Assembly: GCA_002683315.1 (NCBI GenBank)
Contig: NYTD01000284.1
Location: forward strand, 1-46,581
Reading direction: 5' to 3'
From: Deltaproteobacteria bacterium
Lineage (GTDB): Bacteria; Myxococcota_A; UBA796
Length of the DNA stretch: 46,581 nt
Made by a program: the position numbers and the translations under genes
Shown here: positions 27,209 through 34,260 of the stretch, piece after piece
How the letters are laid out: each line of letters starts with the position of its first letter
How positions within the stretch are numbered: the stretch's first letter is position 1
Notes under the pieces: generated by a model
The model's input: only the letters and a program-made list of their open reading frames with translations
Databases searched by the model: none
Told to the model about the DNA's origin: nothing

Positions 27209-27838
27209 CTAAAACCGAGTATTCAAACCCACACCTAATCTCAAGGCGGACAGATTAAATCCTTCACCAGCACCAAAACCAAAGATTTGATGAAACCTTT
27301 GTCCAATGTGAACTTCTACATCCATCTGTTTGGGACCCATTTGAACACTCGGATGCTGTTGCTTTTGAACAAGATTTGTTTTTATACGAAAACCACTACG
27401 AAAATCCATTCCTATTTTGGTTCCTGCAATCGTTGTAGAAGGAGATGTTTCCAAAAAATGCACCATTGATAACCCAATACCAATAAAAGGCTCCACACGT
27501 TCATTTCCAAATAGGACGTTGGCATGTAAGACTGTAGGGATAATCTGTAGGTTTGATTTGTTATTGTTTCCAGATAAATCGATCAGCCCAATCTGAGCTC
27601 CTACAGAAAAATGTTGGTGAAAACGATAACGTAACGAAAGATCAACAAAAACTTCAGATGCCTTGTACACTTCAATAATTGAAGGGTCGGACCAAAATTC
27701 TCCGACTAATCCCACCATTATTCGAGTTTCTTGGGTATCAAACCCAGACATACCCCATTTTGAAGAAACTTCAGGCTCTTGAGAAAAAGCAGTAGAGGCT
27801 GTAAAAATAAGAAAATTAAGCATTTCGATCAAAACCAA
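27209..27838 (-). CDS. Small outer-membrane beta-barrel protein (OmpW/OmpX-size)
   Basis: About 209 aa, hydrophobic signal-like N-terminus (alternative ATG at 27823), alternating beta-strand pattern, C-terminal ..GVGLNTRF with terminal Phe. Confidence 0.6.
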   Translation of the reverse strand: MVLIEMLNFLIFTASTAFSQEPEVSSKWGMSGFDTQETRIMVGLVGEFWSDPSIIEVYKASEVFVDLSLRYRFHQHFSVGAQIGLIDLSGNNNKSNLQIIPTVLHANVLFGNERVEPFIGIGLSMVHFLETSPSTTIAGTKIGMDFRSGFRIKTNLVQKQQHPSVQMGPKQMDVEVHIGQRFHQIFGFGAGEGFNLSALRLGVGLNTRF

Positions 27839-28133
27839 TTATGGGTCGTTTTTTAGAGAAGGAGCTGTATGCTGACTTTGCTTTTTTAAGCTTTGGAAGA
27901 TTCTCTCCTTCTTTTAACAAGTTACGAAGTCTCTTTCGAATCTCTTGCTCAATAAAGTCAACACAAACTTTGGCTCTTTGTGCAATTTCTGGATTTAACC
28001 ACTGTTTTCCATCATATAAATTCTGAATAAGACTATCAAAATATACTGCATCAATATCACCATCTACAATACAAGAATCCTTCATTCGTTCCAAAGATTC
28101 TATGGTTTGCACAAGTTTTTTGTGTGATAACAC
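27816..28133 (-). CDS. Hypothetical small helical protein (possible FliT/chaperone-like, unproven)
   Basis: 105 aa, predicted helical with a basic tail. The start overlaps the fliS stop by 1 nt. It occupies the position that fliT has after fliS in enterobacterial fliDST. Confidence 0.45.
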   Translation of the reverse strand: MLSHKKLVQTIESLERMKDSCIVDGDIDAVYFDSLIQNLYDGKQWLNPEIAQRAKVCVDFIEQEIRKRLRNLLKEGENLPKLKKAKSAYSSFSKKRPIIGFDRNA

Positions 28134-28504
28134 TAGGGCTCCTGAGGAGAGAAAGCCTCTTTGAAGCCATCATATATACTTTGAGCAACTTCTATCGCCT
28201 TTTCAAGACGATCAGCATCCCCTTCAAATCCAGAACGAGAAATTTCTCGAATAATCCATAAATATAGACCATGTAAATTCTCTGTAAGCTCGCCCCCCTC
28301 ATCATGATCGAGGCAGGCTAGTAATTCTGAAAAAATCTTTCTTGATAGCTGCATTGGATGGACCGCAGATCTTTTATCTTCTGCCTGCAAATAGCCATGA
28401 GCTTCCCACAGGCTCACAATCGATTTTTCAAAAAGACGAAGAACAAGTTCTTCATTCGAGGAGACACTTACACTGTGTTCTTTATATGTCTTAATGCCCT
28501 TCAT
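28133..28504 (-). CDS. fliS: Flagellin-specific chaperone FliS
   Basis: 123 aa; FliS-like four-helix pattern (LVLRLFEKSIVSLWEAH.. KIFSELLACLDHDEGGELTENLHGLYLWIIREI). Confidence 0.88.
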   Translation of the reverse strand: MKGIKTYKEHSVSVSSNEELVLRLFEKSIVSLWEAHGYLQAEDKRSAVHPMQLSRKIFSELLACLDHDEGGELTENLHGLYLWIIREISRSGFEGDADRLEKAIEVAQSIYDGFKEAFSPQEP

Positions 28505-28525
28505 TTTTTGCTCCCGCTCTTCTTT

Positions 28526-28555
28526 TTTATACTCTGTTTAGAGAGTTCTCGTCAA
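28526..28555 (-). promoter_or_regulatory. Candidate sigma70-type promoter upstream of fliS (TTGACG-N18-TATAAA)
   Basis: Minus strand: -35 TTGACG (28550-28555), 18-nt spacer, -10 TATAAA (28526-28531), within the 61-nt fliD-fliS spacer. Confidence 0.3.
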
Positions 28556-28565
28556 GTCCGAGAGA

Positions 28566-30038
28566 TCATGATGTTGCCTTTGGAGCAAAATAAGCACCAA
28601 GGAAACTCGAAGCAGTTTGTGCATTTCCTGCTATTTTTTCCATAGCGGTGAATTGATTATACAAACGATTCTCATACGCTGTTATTCTTTTCTCCCATCG
28701 AGTTACTTGCTTTTGTAGAGCTTTTATCTGATTTGTGGTATTCGTTTGAATCGTTGCTATTGTACCTGTACTTGATGTAGTATACGTTGTTACCAGTGCT
28801 TCCATTGCGGATGAAAAGCTTAGGTCACTTGATTGATCAGCAAACATAGCTTCGATGTCAAGCTGCTGACTGAGTAATGCTGTTTTAAAATTCGCTTCTG
28901 TGAAAACAAGCTTTCCTGTGGAAGAGTTAAACGTAACTCCCATCTTGGATAATGCGTTTATCGGTGAAATAATATTTCCGCTACTATCTGTATTATTTCG
29001 TGAAGTTTCGTTCATTGTGGTTCCATTTGCATTTTCGAAACTTGCATCATCATACACCTTGGATACAGCAGAACGAAGCTGATTTACCATATTACGAACA
29101 TTGGAATCACCAAGAAAAATCCCTTTGGCACCCGTTGTTGCATTATACGTATTATTCGCCTTATAAAAGTCGATAATGTTGTTGTATGCGCTGGTAAAAG
29201 TTTGGATCTTCTCTGAAACACTTGAAATATCCAAAGAAACAGCTACATCTTGTGCTGCAACACCTGCATCTTCTTGATCGCCGAGAGCTGTAATTGTTAG
29301 TCCTGAAACCGCATCGGTAAAGACATTTGTCGCAGATTCTACAGCAACGGAATTAATCGTTGCTTCTGCATTTTGTCCTGTCACACGGGTTACTGATGTA
29401 CCTGTTGTGTTTAACGACGTTCCAGATGTACCTGTAGCAGTGTAATTCAATGAAAAAGTAAAATCTTTTCCTGTCTTTTCTGATAATACAACCAACCGGT
29501 ATGGATTGGTTGAAGCACCTGTGTTTAACACATAAGAAGTAATTCCTGATTTCGCATTGAGTGCGGATGCAAGTGTAGATAAATTATTGTTATCTGCACC
29601 GGAACTAATCGTCATGGTAAAATCACTAAATCCTGCACTTGAATTAAAATTAACTTTAAATGTTCCATCCTTGATTGTTGCTACGCTTGAGGAAACAGTA
29701 TTGAGAATGTGCATATCAGACTTTGCCATCTGTGTAATTTGAACAGAGTATGAACCGGCAATCGCACTACCGGTTGTTGAAGCAGAAAAATAACTGGAAG
29801 CAGCACTAGGGATGGCTGTAGAAAAAGAACGAAAGTTGGAAACTTTCTGAATATCAGTAAGCGACGTTTTTACTGAAGTCATTAGAGTATTTAAAGTGCT
29901 ATACGCAGCATTCTTCGTATTAAGCTGAGATATCTTTGTTTCGAGAAGGGTTTTTGGTTGCGCGGCCGCTTTGGATAACTCTTGTATAAGAGCCGTTGTA
30001 GACAAACCTGAAATAACTCCATCTGTTCGAATCGCCAT
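28566..30038 (-). CDS. fliD: Flagellar filament cap protein FliD
   Basis: 490 aa. N-terminal GLSTTALIQELSKAAAQPKTLLETKISQLNTKNAAYSTLNTLM and C-terminal ..RITAYENRLYNQFTAMEKIAG FliD motifs; S/T/N-rich centre. Confidence 0.92.
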   Translation of the reverse strand: MAIRTDGVISGLSTTALIQELSKAAAQPKTLLETKISQLNTKNAAYSTLNTLMTSVKTSLTDIQKVSNFRSFSTAIPSAASSYFSASTTGSAIAGSYSVQITQMAKSDMHILNTVSSSVATIKDGTFKVNFNSSAGFSDFTMTISSGADNNNLSTLASALNAKSGITSYVLNTGASTNPYRLVVLSEKTGKDFTFSLNYTATGTSGTSLNTTGTSVTRVTGQNAEATINSVAVESATNVFTDAVSGLTITALGDQEDAGVAAQDVAVSLDISSVSEKIQTFTSAYNNIIDFYKANNTYNATTGAKGIFLGDSNVRNMVNQLRSAVSKVYDDASFENANGTTMNETSRNNTDSSGNIISPINALSKMGVTFNSSTGKLVFTEANFKTALLSQQLDIEAMFADQSSDLSFSSAMEALVTTYTTSSTGTIATIQTNTTNQIKALQKQVTRWEKRITAYENRLYNQFTAMEKIAGNAQTASSFLGAYFAPKATS

Positions 30039-30073
30039 AAGACACCTTCCCTATAAAAATGATAAACGTAAAA

Positions 30074-30114
30074 TTAAAAAAACTGGCCTATCCGTATATA
30101 CGGAAGACCAGTTT
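30074..30114 (-). terminator. Rho-independent terminator after fliC
   Basis: Minus-strand RNA AAACUGGUCUUCCGUAUAUACGGAUAGGCCAGUUUUUUUAAUUUU: a stem of about 14 bp (one bulge, one G-U pair) around the palindromic core ccgtatatacgg, followed by a U7 tract. It begins 13 nt after the fliC stop. Confidence 0.8.
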
Positions 30115-30126
30115 ATTTCCAAAGAC

Positions 30127-30966
30127 TTAGCTGAGGAGAGAAATGATGGACTGAGGAATTGCTTTCGCTTGTCCAAGAGCCGCAACACCAGCTTGTTGCA
30201 TGATCTGGTAACGAGTCATGTTCGCTGATTCAGTTGCATAGTCAACATCAAGAATCTGTGATGAAGAGTTTGCAAGATTTTGTGAGTAGTTGCTTGCTTC
30301 GTTCAATGTGCTTTCCAAACGATTTTGGAATGCACCAAGAGTAGAACGTGAACTGTTTACTGACTTGAGTGCTGTATCGATAATATTGATCGCTGTTACA
30401 GACTGAGCAAGAGTAGTAATACCATCAGAAGATATGGAGGAAATTCCCAAAGAACCCCAAGTAGCAGCAACAGAAGCAAGATTAAGAAGAATCTTGTTGT
30501 CAGCATTCTTGTGAATACCTACTTGAAGAGCAAAACCTGTTGTGGATGAGTTCAAAACCTTTGTACGGTTGAAGTTCGCAACAGAAGCAATACGCTTGAT
30601 TTCGTTTGCAAGAGTAGTGAATTCTTTTGAGATCTCTGAACGGTCACCAGAGTTATAAGTCTGGTTGGATCCTTGAACAGCAAGTTCACGCATACGAACA
30701 AGAATGTTGTATACTTCGTTCAATCCACCTTCTGCAGTTTGAATGAGAGAGATACCATCGTTTGCATTTCTCATTGCTTGCTTGAGAGATGTGTTGTCAG
30801 ATGTTTGACGAGTTGCAACAGAAAGTCCTGCAGCGTCATCAGAGGCGCTGTTTACACGAAGACCACTAGAGATCTTGGCCAAAGAACCTGTCAATTTGTT
30901 TTGAGTGCGGTTGAGTGTCTTGATAGAGTTCAACGCTGCCATATTATTTCGTACTGTTAATGCCAT
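30127..30966 (-). CDS. fliC: Flagellin (short, D0/D1-only size)
   Basis: 279 aa. N-terminal MALTVRNNMAALNS..SSGLRVNSASDDAAGLSVA and C-terminal ..TRYQIMQQAGVAALGQAKAIPQSIISLL flagellin motifs; GGAGG SD upstream. Confidence 0.96.
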   Translation of the reverse strand: MALTVRNNMAALNSIKTLNRTQNKLTGSLAKISSGLRVNSASDDAAGLSVATRQTSDNTSLKQAMRNANDGISLIQTAEGGLNEVYNILVRMRELAVQGSNQTYNSGDRSEISKEFTTLANEIKRIASVANFNRTKVLNSSTTGFALQVGIHKNADNKILLNLASVAATWGSLGISSISSDGITTLAQSVTAINIIDTALKSVNSSRSTLGAFQNRLESTLNEASNYSQNLANSSSQILDVDYATESANMTRYQIMQQAGVAALGQAKAIPQSIISLLS

Positions 30967-31123
30967 GATAAGCCTCCGAAAAAGGATAAAAATTGTTAGC
31001 TCTGAATTTGTCGGATTATCGTGTGATTTTTTTTATAGGATATTGAATAATATTTTTATTTTATTTTTTTTTTGAATTTTTTAAAATAAGAAATCTTCAT
31101 AAAACCAATACAGTACGACACAA

Positions 31124-31144
31124 AAGGAATCTTTTGTATTCCTT
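31124..31144 (-). terminator. Weak candidate terminator after the small membrane-protein gene
   Basis: 7-bp stem aaggaat/attcctt with a 7-nt loop. On the minus strand it is followed by UUUUGUGU. Confidence 0.3.
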
Positions 31145-31187
31145 GAAGTTTTTAGAATTCCTATCTTTGTAAAGATCATGTCTGTGT

Positions 31188-31436
31188 TTAGACTCTAAAA
31201 ATATTAATGTATAAAACGATCGTTTGAATACCAGAACCTAACATTCCTACAACAATTCCGGTTCGTCCCATCCACAAACCAGAGTCCTGTTTCTTTTTTC
31301 TTTTCTGAATAAGCCCGTATATTCCAACAACTACAGCCAAAGGACCAAGTATAATCCCTGCTACAGGGAGAACAGAAAAAACTCCCATATAGTAAGAACA
31401 CAAAATCCAGCCATTCGGTGGGTCTTGTTTTGACAT
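31188..31436 (-). CDS. Small two-TM membrane protein (DUF4190-like)
   Basis: ATG 31436 with AAGGAG 6 nt upstream gives an 82-aa protein MSKQDPPNGW.. with two hydrophobic helices separated by a KRKKKQ loop. The track's longer 118-aa version adds an AT-rich, SD-less extension. Confidence 0.6.
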   Translation of the reverse strand: MSKQDPPNGWILCSYYMGVFSVLPVAGIILGPLAVVVGIYGLIQKRKKKQDSGLWMGRTGIVVGMLGSGIQTIVLYINIFRV

Positions 31437-31488
31437 GGAAGCTCCTTGATTTATTATAATAAAATATATGTACTCTCTAATTGGCTTC

Positions 31489-31517
31489 TTGACTGGAGAT
31501 ACTGGTTTGACTATATT
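31489..31517 (+). promoter_or_regulatory. Candidate sigma70-type promoter (TTGACT-N17-TATATT) for the sORF-methyltransferase-rSAM unit
   Basis: -35 TTGACT (31489-31494), exact 17-nt spacer, -10 TATATT (31512-31517), about 55 nt upstream of the sORF ATG. Confidence 0.45.
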
Positions 31518-31574
31518 TATATAGGAAAGAATTATTCTTTTCAAATAACAAATCCTTTTAATTTGGAGAGCATC

Positions 31575-31622
31575 ATGCGCTGGCGTCCTTCTCCTCGCCC
31601 AAAGCCGACACCAACTCGCTAA
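31575..31622 (+). CDS. Unannotated 15-codon sORF encoding MRWRPSPRPKPTPTR
   Basis: ATG 31575 is preceded by GGAGAG (31565-31570, 4-nt spacer); TAA at 31620-31622. It forms a GC-rich island in an AT-rich spacer, 16 nt upstream of a methyltransferase ATG that has no SD of its own. It falls below the track's length cutoff. Confidence 0.35.
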   Translation: MRWRPSPRPKPTPTR

Positions 31623-31638
31623 TATTGTATCTAATATA

Positions 31639-32568
31639 ATGTCTTTGCGATTTGCTTCGGCTTTTGGTTTGCAAACCCCACCTCTACCAAAAGGTCCTCC
31701 ATATCTATGTCTGGATCTAATTGACTGGGTGGGGTTTCCTTTTTGGTTAGAACCATATGATTCTCGATTGATCGATATTCATCATGGAGAACCTGCTCCC
31801 ACTCCTCCTCTTGAAAATTTAGAGGGAATGATTCGATATTGGGAAGAGCATCCTGAATGGATGGACATGCTCAACCCACAATCACCTGTTTTTGAAGACA
31901 AACAAATAGAATCTGCACTCTATCTAGATTTTTGGGGTAATCATGTTCCTGTTGAGAAAAAAGTTCTTGATATAGGTGGAGGAGTAGGCAGGATTACCCA
32001 AATATTACTCCAAAAAAATTGTTCTATTGATCTTGTGGATCCAGATCTACGTAGTCTATGGAGAGCTGTTTCTATGGCTGCGGGTGGGCCTGGATCATTA
32101 GACGTGCATTGGAGTACAGGAGAACATATGCCAGATCTTGGTGTATTTGATTGTGCAGTTGCATGTGAAGTTCTCAATTACGTAGAAGATCCACAAAAAA
32201 TAGTAGATCGCATATATACCAGCCTCAAACCAGGAGGAACTCTACTCATAAGCTTGGAAGCAAGATGGGGTTGGGCTATGTCTTCTGATGTAGCTGCTGG
32301 AAGTATAGAGTCTTTCTTTACAGATGGAATCGTTCATGTCCCACATGATCGTTGGATTCGAACATACACAAGAGAAGATGTTATAAAATTACTGTATCGT
32401 TTTTCTTCTATACAACTTCAACCAAGTCACTATGCTTTTTCTGGTCCTTTTGAGATGGCAACAGGCTTGCTTCCTCTAGAAAAAGCGATAAAGATAGAAA
32501 GGCGGTTTCGCAATCATCCCATTGCCTGCAAGTTAAATAGAGCTTGGATGGTCATTGCACACAAATAG
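31639..32568 (+). CDS. Class I SAM-dependent methyltransferase
   Basis: Motif I VLDIGGGVGRIT, acidic loop DLVDPD, post-I/II ACEVLNYVEDP and LKPGGTLLIS. The 110-aa N-terminal extension is Pro-rich. Confidence 0.85.
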   Translation: MSLRFASAFGLQTPPLPKGPPYLCLDLIDWVGFPFWLEPYDSRLIDIHHGEPAPTPPLENLEGMIRYWEEHPEWMDMLNPQSPVFEDKQIESALYLDFWGNHVPVEKKVLDIGGGVGRITQILLQKNCSIDLVDPDLRSLWRAVSMAAGGPGSLDVHWSTGEHMPDLGVFDCAVACEVLNYVEDPQKIVDRIYTSLKPGGTLLISLEARWGWAMSSDVAAGSIESFFTDGIVHVPHDRWIRTYTREDVIKLLYRFSSIQLQPSHYAFSGPFEMATGLLPLEKAIKIERRFRNHPIACKLNRAWMVIAHK

Positions 32569-32576
32569 GAGCAAAG

Positions 32577-34106
32577 ATGCGTGTTCTTTTGGTTCAACCA
32601 CCACGATGCTATTGGCCATATACATCCGAAGGAGATAATTTTCTCTTGCAGCAAGCACTTCCTGCACTGGCGGCAGTTGCACAACAACGTGGGGATGACA
32701 TAAAAGTCATAGACTGTATGCCACTACATGTAGGATGGAGAACGCTATACGATGAAGTCAAAGCATTTCGTCCTCATGTTATTGGATGTGGTGAAAACCA
32801 TGCATTGTACGCATCCGAAGCTCTTCGTTTTTTTCAACTATGTCGAGAAGCTGCACCAGAAGCGATCAACGTAGCGGGAGGCGGTCACTTCTCCAATCTG
32901 GCCCATCGATATACAAGCAATCCAAACATTGATGTCATATGTATCGGTGAAGGAGAAATCACATTTCATAAGATATTGGAGGCTGTTGAATCAGGAAATC
33001 CTGATTGGCATTCCATTAATGGATTGGCTTTTGACGAGGGGGGCTCCATGGTTCGAACCCAGCCTGCATCCTTAGTCAAAGACCTAGACACCCTTCCTAT
33101 TCCAGCCTATAATCTCATGCCCATGCACCTGTATGGAAAGAGTCGATATTTATTCTCTCCAGGAGGCTCTACTCTTCATCACTCTCGAGGATGTACGTCC
33201 AAATGTAGTTTTTGTGCATGGTGGACCACCATGGCCGACCGAAAAATAGATAGCGATGGGAACGTAAAACTTTCCCCAAGATGGCGATCAAAATCAGTCG
33301 ATCGCATGATGGAAGAAATTGAGATCCTATATTACAAATATGGTAAACGTTCATATGTTTGGGTTGATGAAAGTTGGAATATCGATCCAAAATTTAATTA
33401 TGAATTTTCCCAACGAATGATTCGATCTGGAATGAAAACAAAGTGGATGACGTTTATGAGAGCGGACTGCTTGGTTCGCGATCACAACAAGGGAATTTTG
33501 GCTGATCAGATAAAAGCAGGATTACGACATATTCTTATCGGAGTGGAACGCGCAGAAGATGATAATTTAAAAGGCCTCGATAAACGTTTCTATACCGGAG
33601 GAGTCGCCGAACAAGCGATTCAGATCATGAAAACCCATCATCCGGAAGTATTTATTCAGTGTACATTTATTGTTGGCGTAAAAAATGAAGATCAGGACAC
33701 TCTAAAATTACAAGTAGAACTCGCCAAGAAAATCGACGTTGATTTTCCTGCATTTCATCCGATCACTCCTGTTCCCGGAACACCGATTTATGATGATGCC
33801 ATAAAAAATGGACACATCACAGAAGAAGATTTTGACGATTTTGACTGGATGACACCAGTCCTAAATTCCGATTACCTAACAAAAGATCAAATTGCAGACG
33901 AACTGTATCGCATGAACAAACTGTTTGTGAACAGCAAATGGTTATTCCGCGGATTGTTCTCAAAAGATGATTACAAAAGAGATATGTATATCTGGTTTTC
34001 AAAAGTATCTCTCAAGCAATTTGGCCAAGCTGTGAAGCAACGCATTAATCCTCTTGATGTCTCTCATTATCAAGCCTTGGTCAAACCAGACTGGTATGAC
34101 CACTAA
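32577..34106 (+). CDS. B12-binding-domain radical SAM enzyme (COG1032-type)
   Basis: N-terminal Rossmann-like B12-binding region (RVLLVQPP.. DIKVIDCM.. VIGCGE..), radical-SAM cluster RGCTSKCSFC (CX3CX2C), downstream GLRHILIGVERA. ATG 32577 is preferred because AGGAG lies upstream, overlapping the methyltransferase stop. Confidence 0.88.
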   Translation: MRVLLVQPPRCYWPYTSEGDNFLLQQALPALAAVAQQRGDDIKVIDCMPLHVGWRTLYDEVKAFRPHVIGCGENHALYASEALRFFQLCREAAPEAINVAGGGHFSNLAHRYTSNPNIDVICIGEGEITFHKILEAVESGNPDWHSINGLAFDEGGSMVRTQPASLVKDLDTLPIPAYNLMPMHLYGKSRYLFSPGGSTLHHSRGCTSKCSFCAWWTTMADRKIDSDGNVKLSPRWRSKSVDRMMEEIEILYYKYGKRSYVWVDESWNIDPKFNYEFSQRMIRSGMKTKWMTFMRADCLVRDHNKGILADQIKAGLRHILIGVERAEDDNLKGLDKRFYTGGVAEQAIQIMKTHHPEVFIQCTFIVGVKNEDQDTLKLQVELAKKIDVDFPAFHPITPVPGTPIYDDAIKNGHITEEDFDDFDWMTPVLNSDYLTKDQIADELYRMNKLFVNSKWLFRGLFSKDDYKRDMYIWFSKVSLKQFGQAVKQRINPLDVSHYQALVKPDWYDH

Positions 34107-34117
34107 ACAAGAAGTCA

Positions 34118-34170
34118 TGAATTTGTTATGTAACAAAATGTAGTACATTCGTAACAAATTCACGTTTTTT
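34118..34170 (+). terminator. Rho-independent terminator after the first rSAM gene
   Basis: Arms tgaatttgtta (34118-34128) and taacaaattca (34152-34162) are exact reverse complements, with an inner aatgta/tacatt pairing. The hairpin is followed by cg + T6 (34165-34170) and starts 12 nt after the stop. Confidence 0.65.
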
Positions 34171-34260
34171 GTGATTCCTTTCGTTCAAAGTGACACAAAT
34201 TCTTCTTTCTCGGTTAAAGGGATAGCGAAACATCTAGATATTTGAATCATCGGAGTCACA

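Noticed and set aside
31016-31045. A full sigma28 promoter (TAAA-N15-GCCGATAA) for fliC.
   Set aside because: Only the CGATAA half is present. The nearest TAAA is 10 nt away instead of about 17, and the correctly spaced tetramer is TATC. I kept it as a tentative observation rather than a feature.
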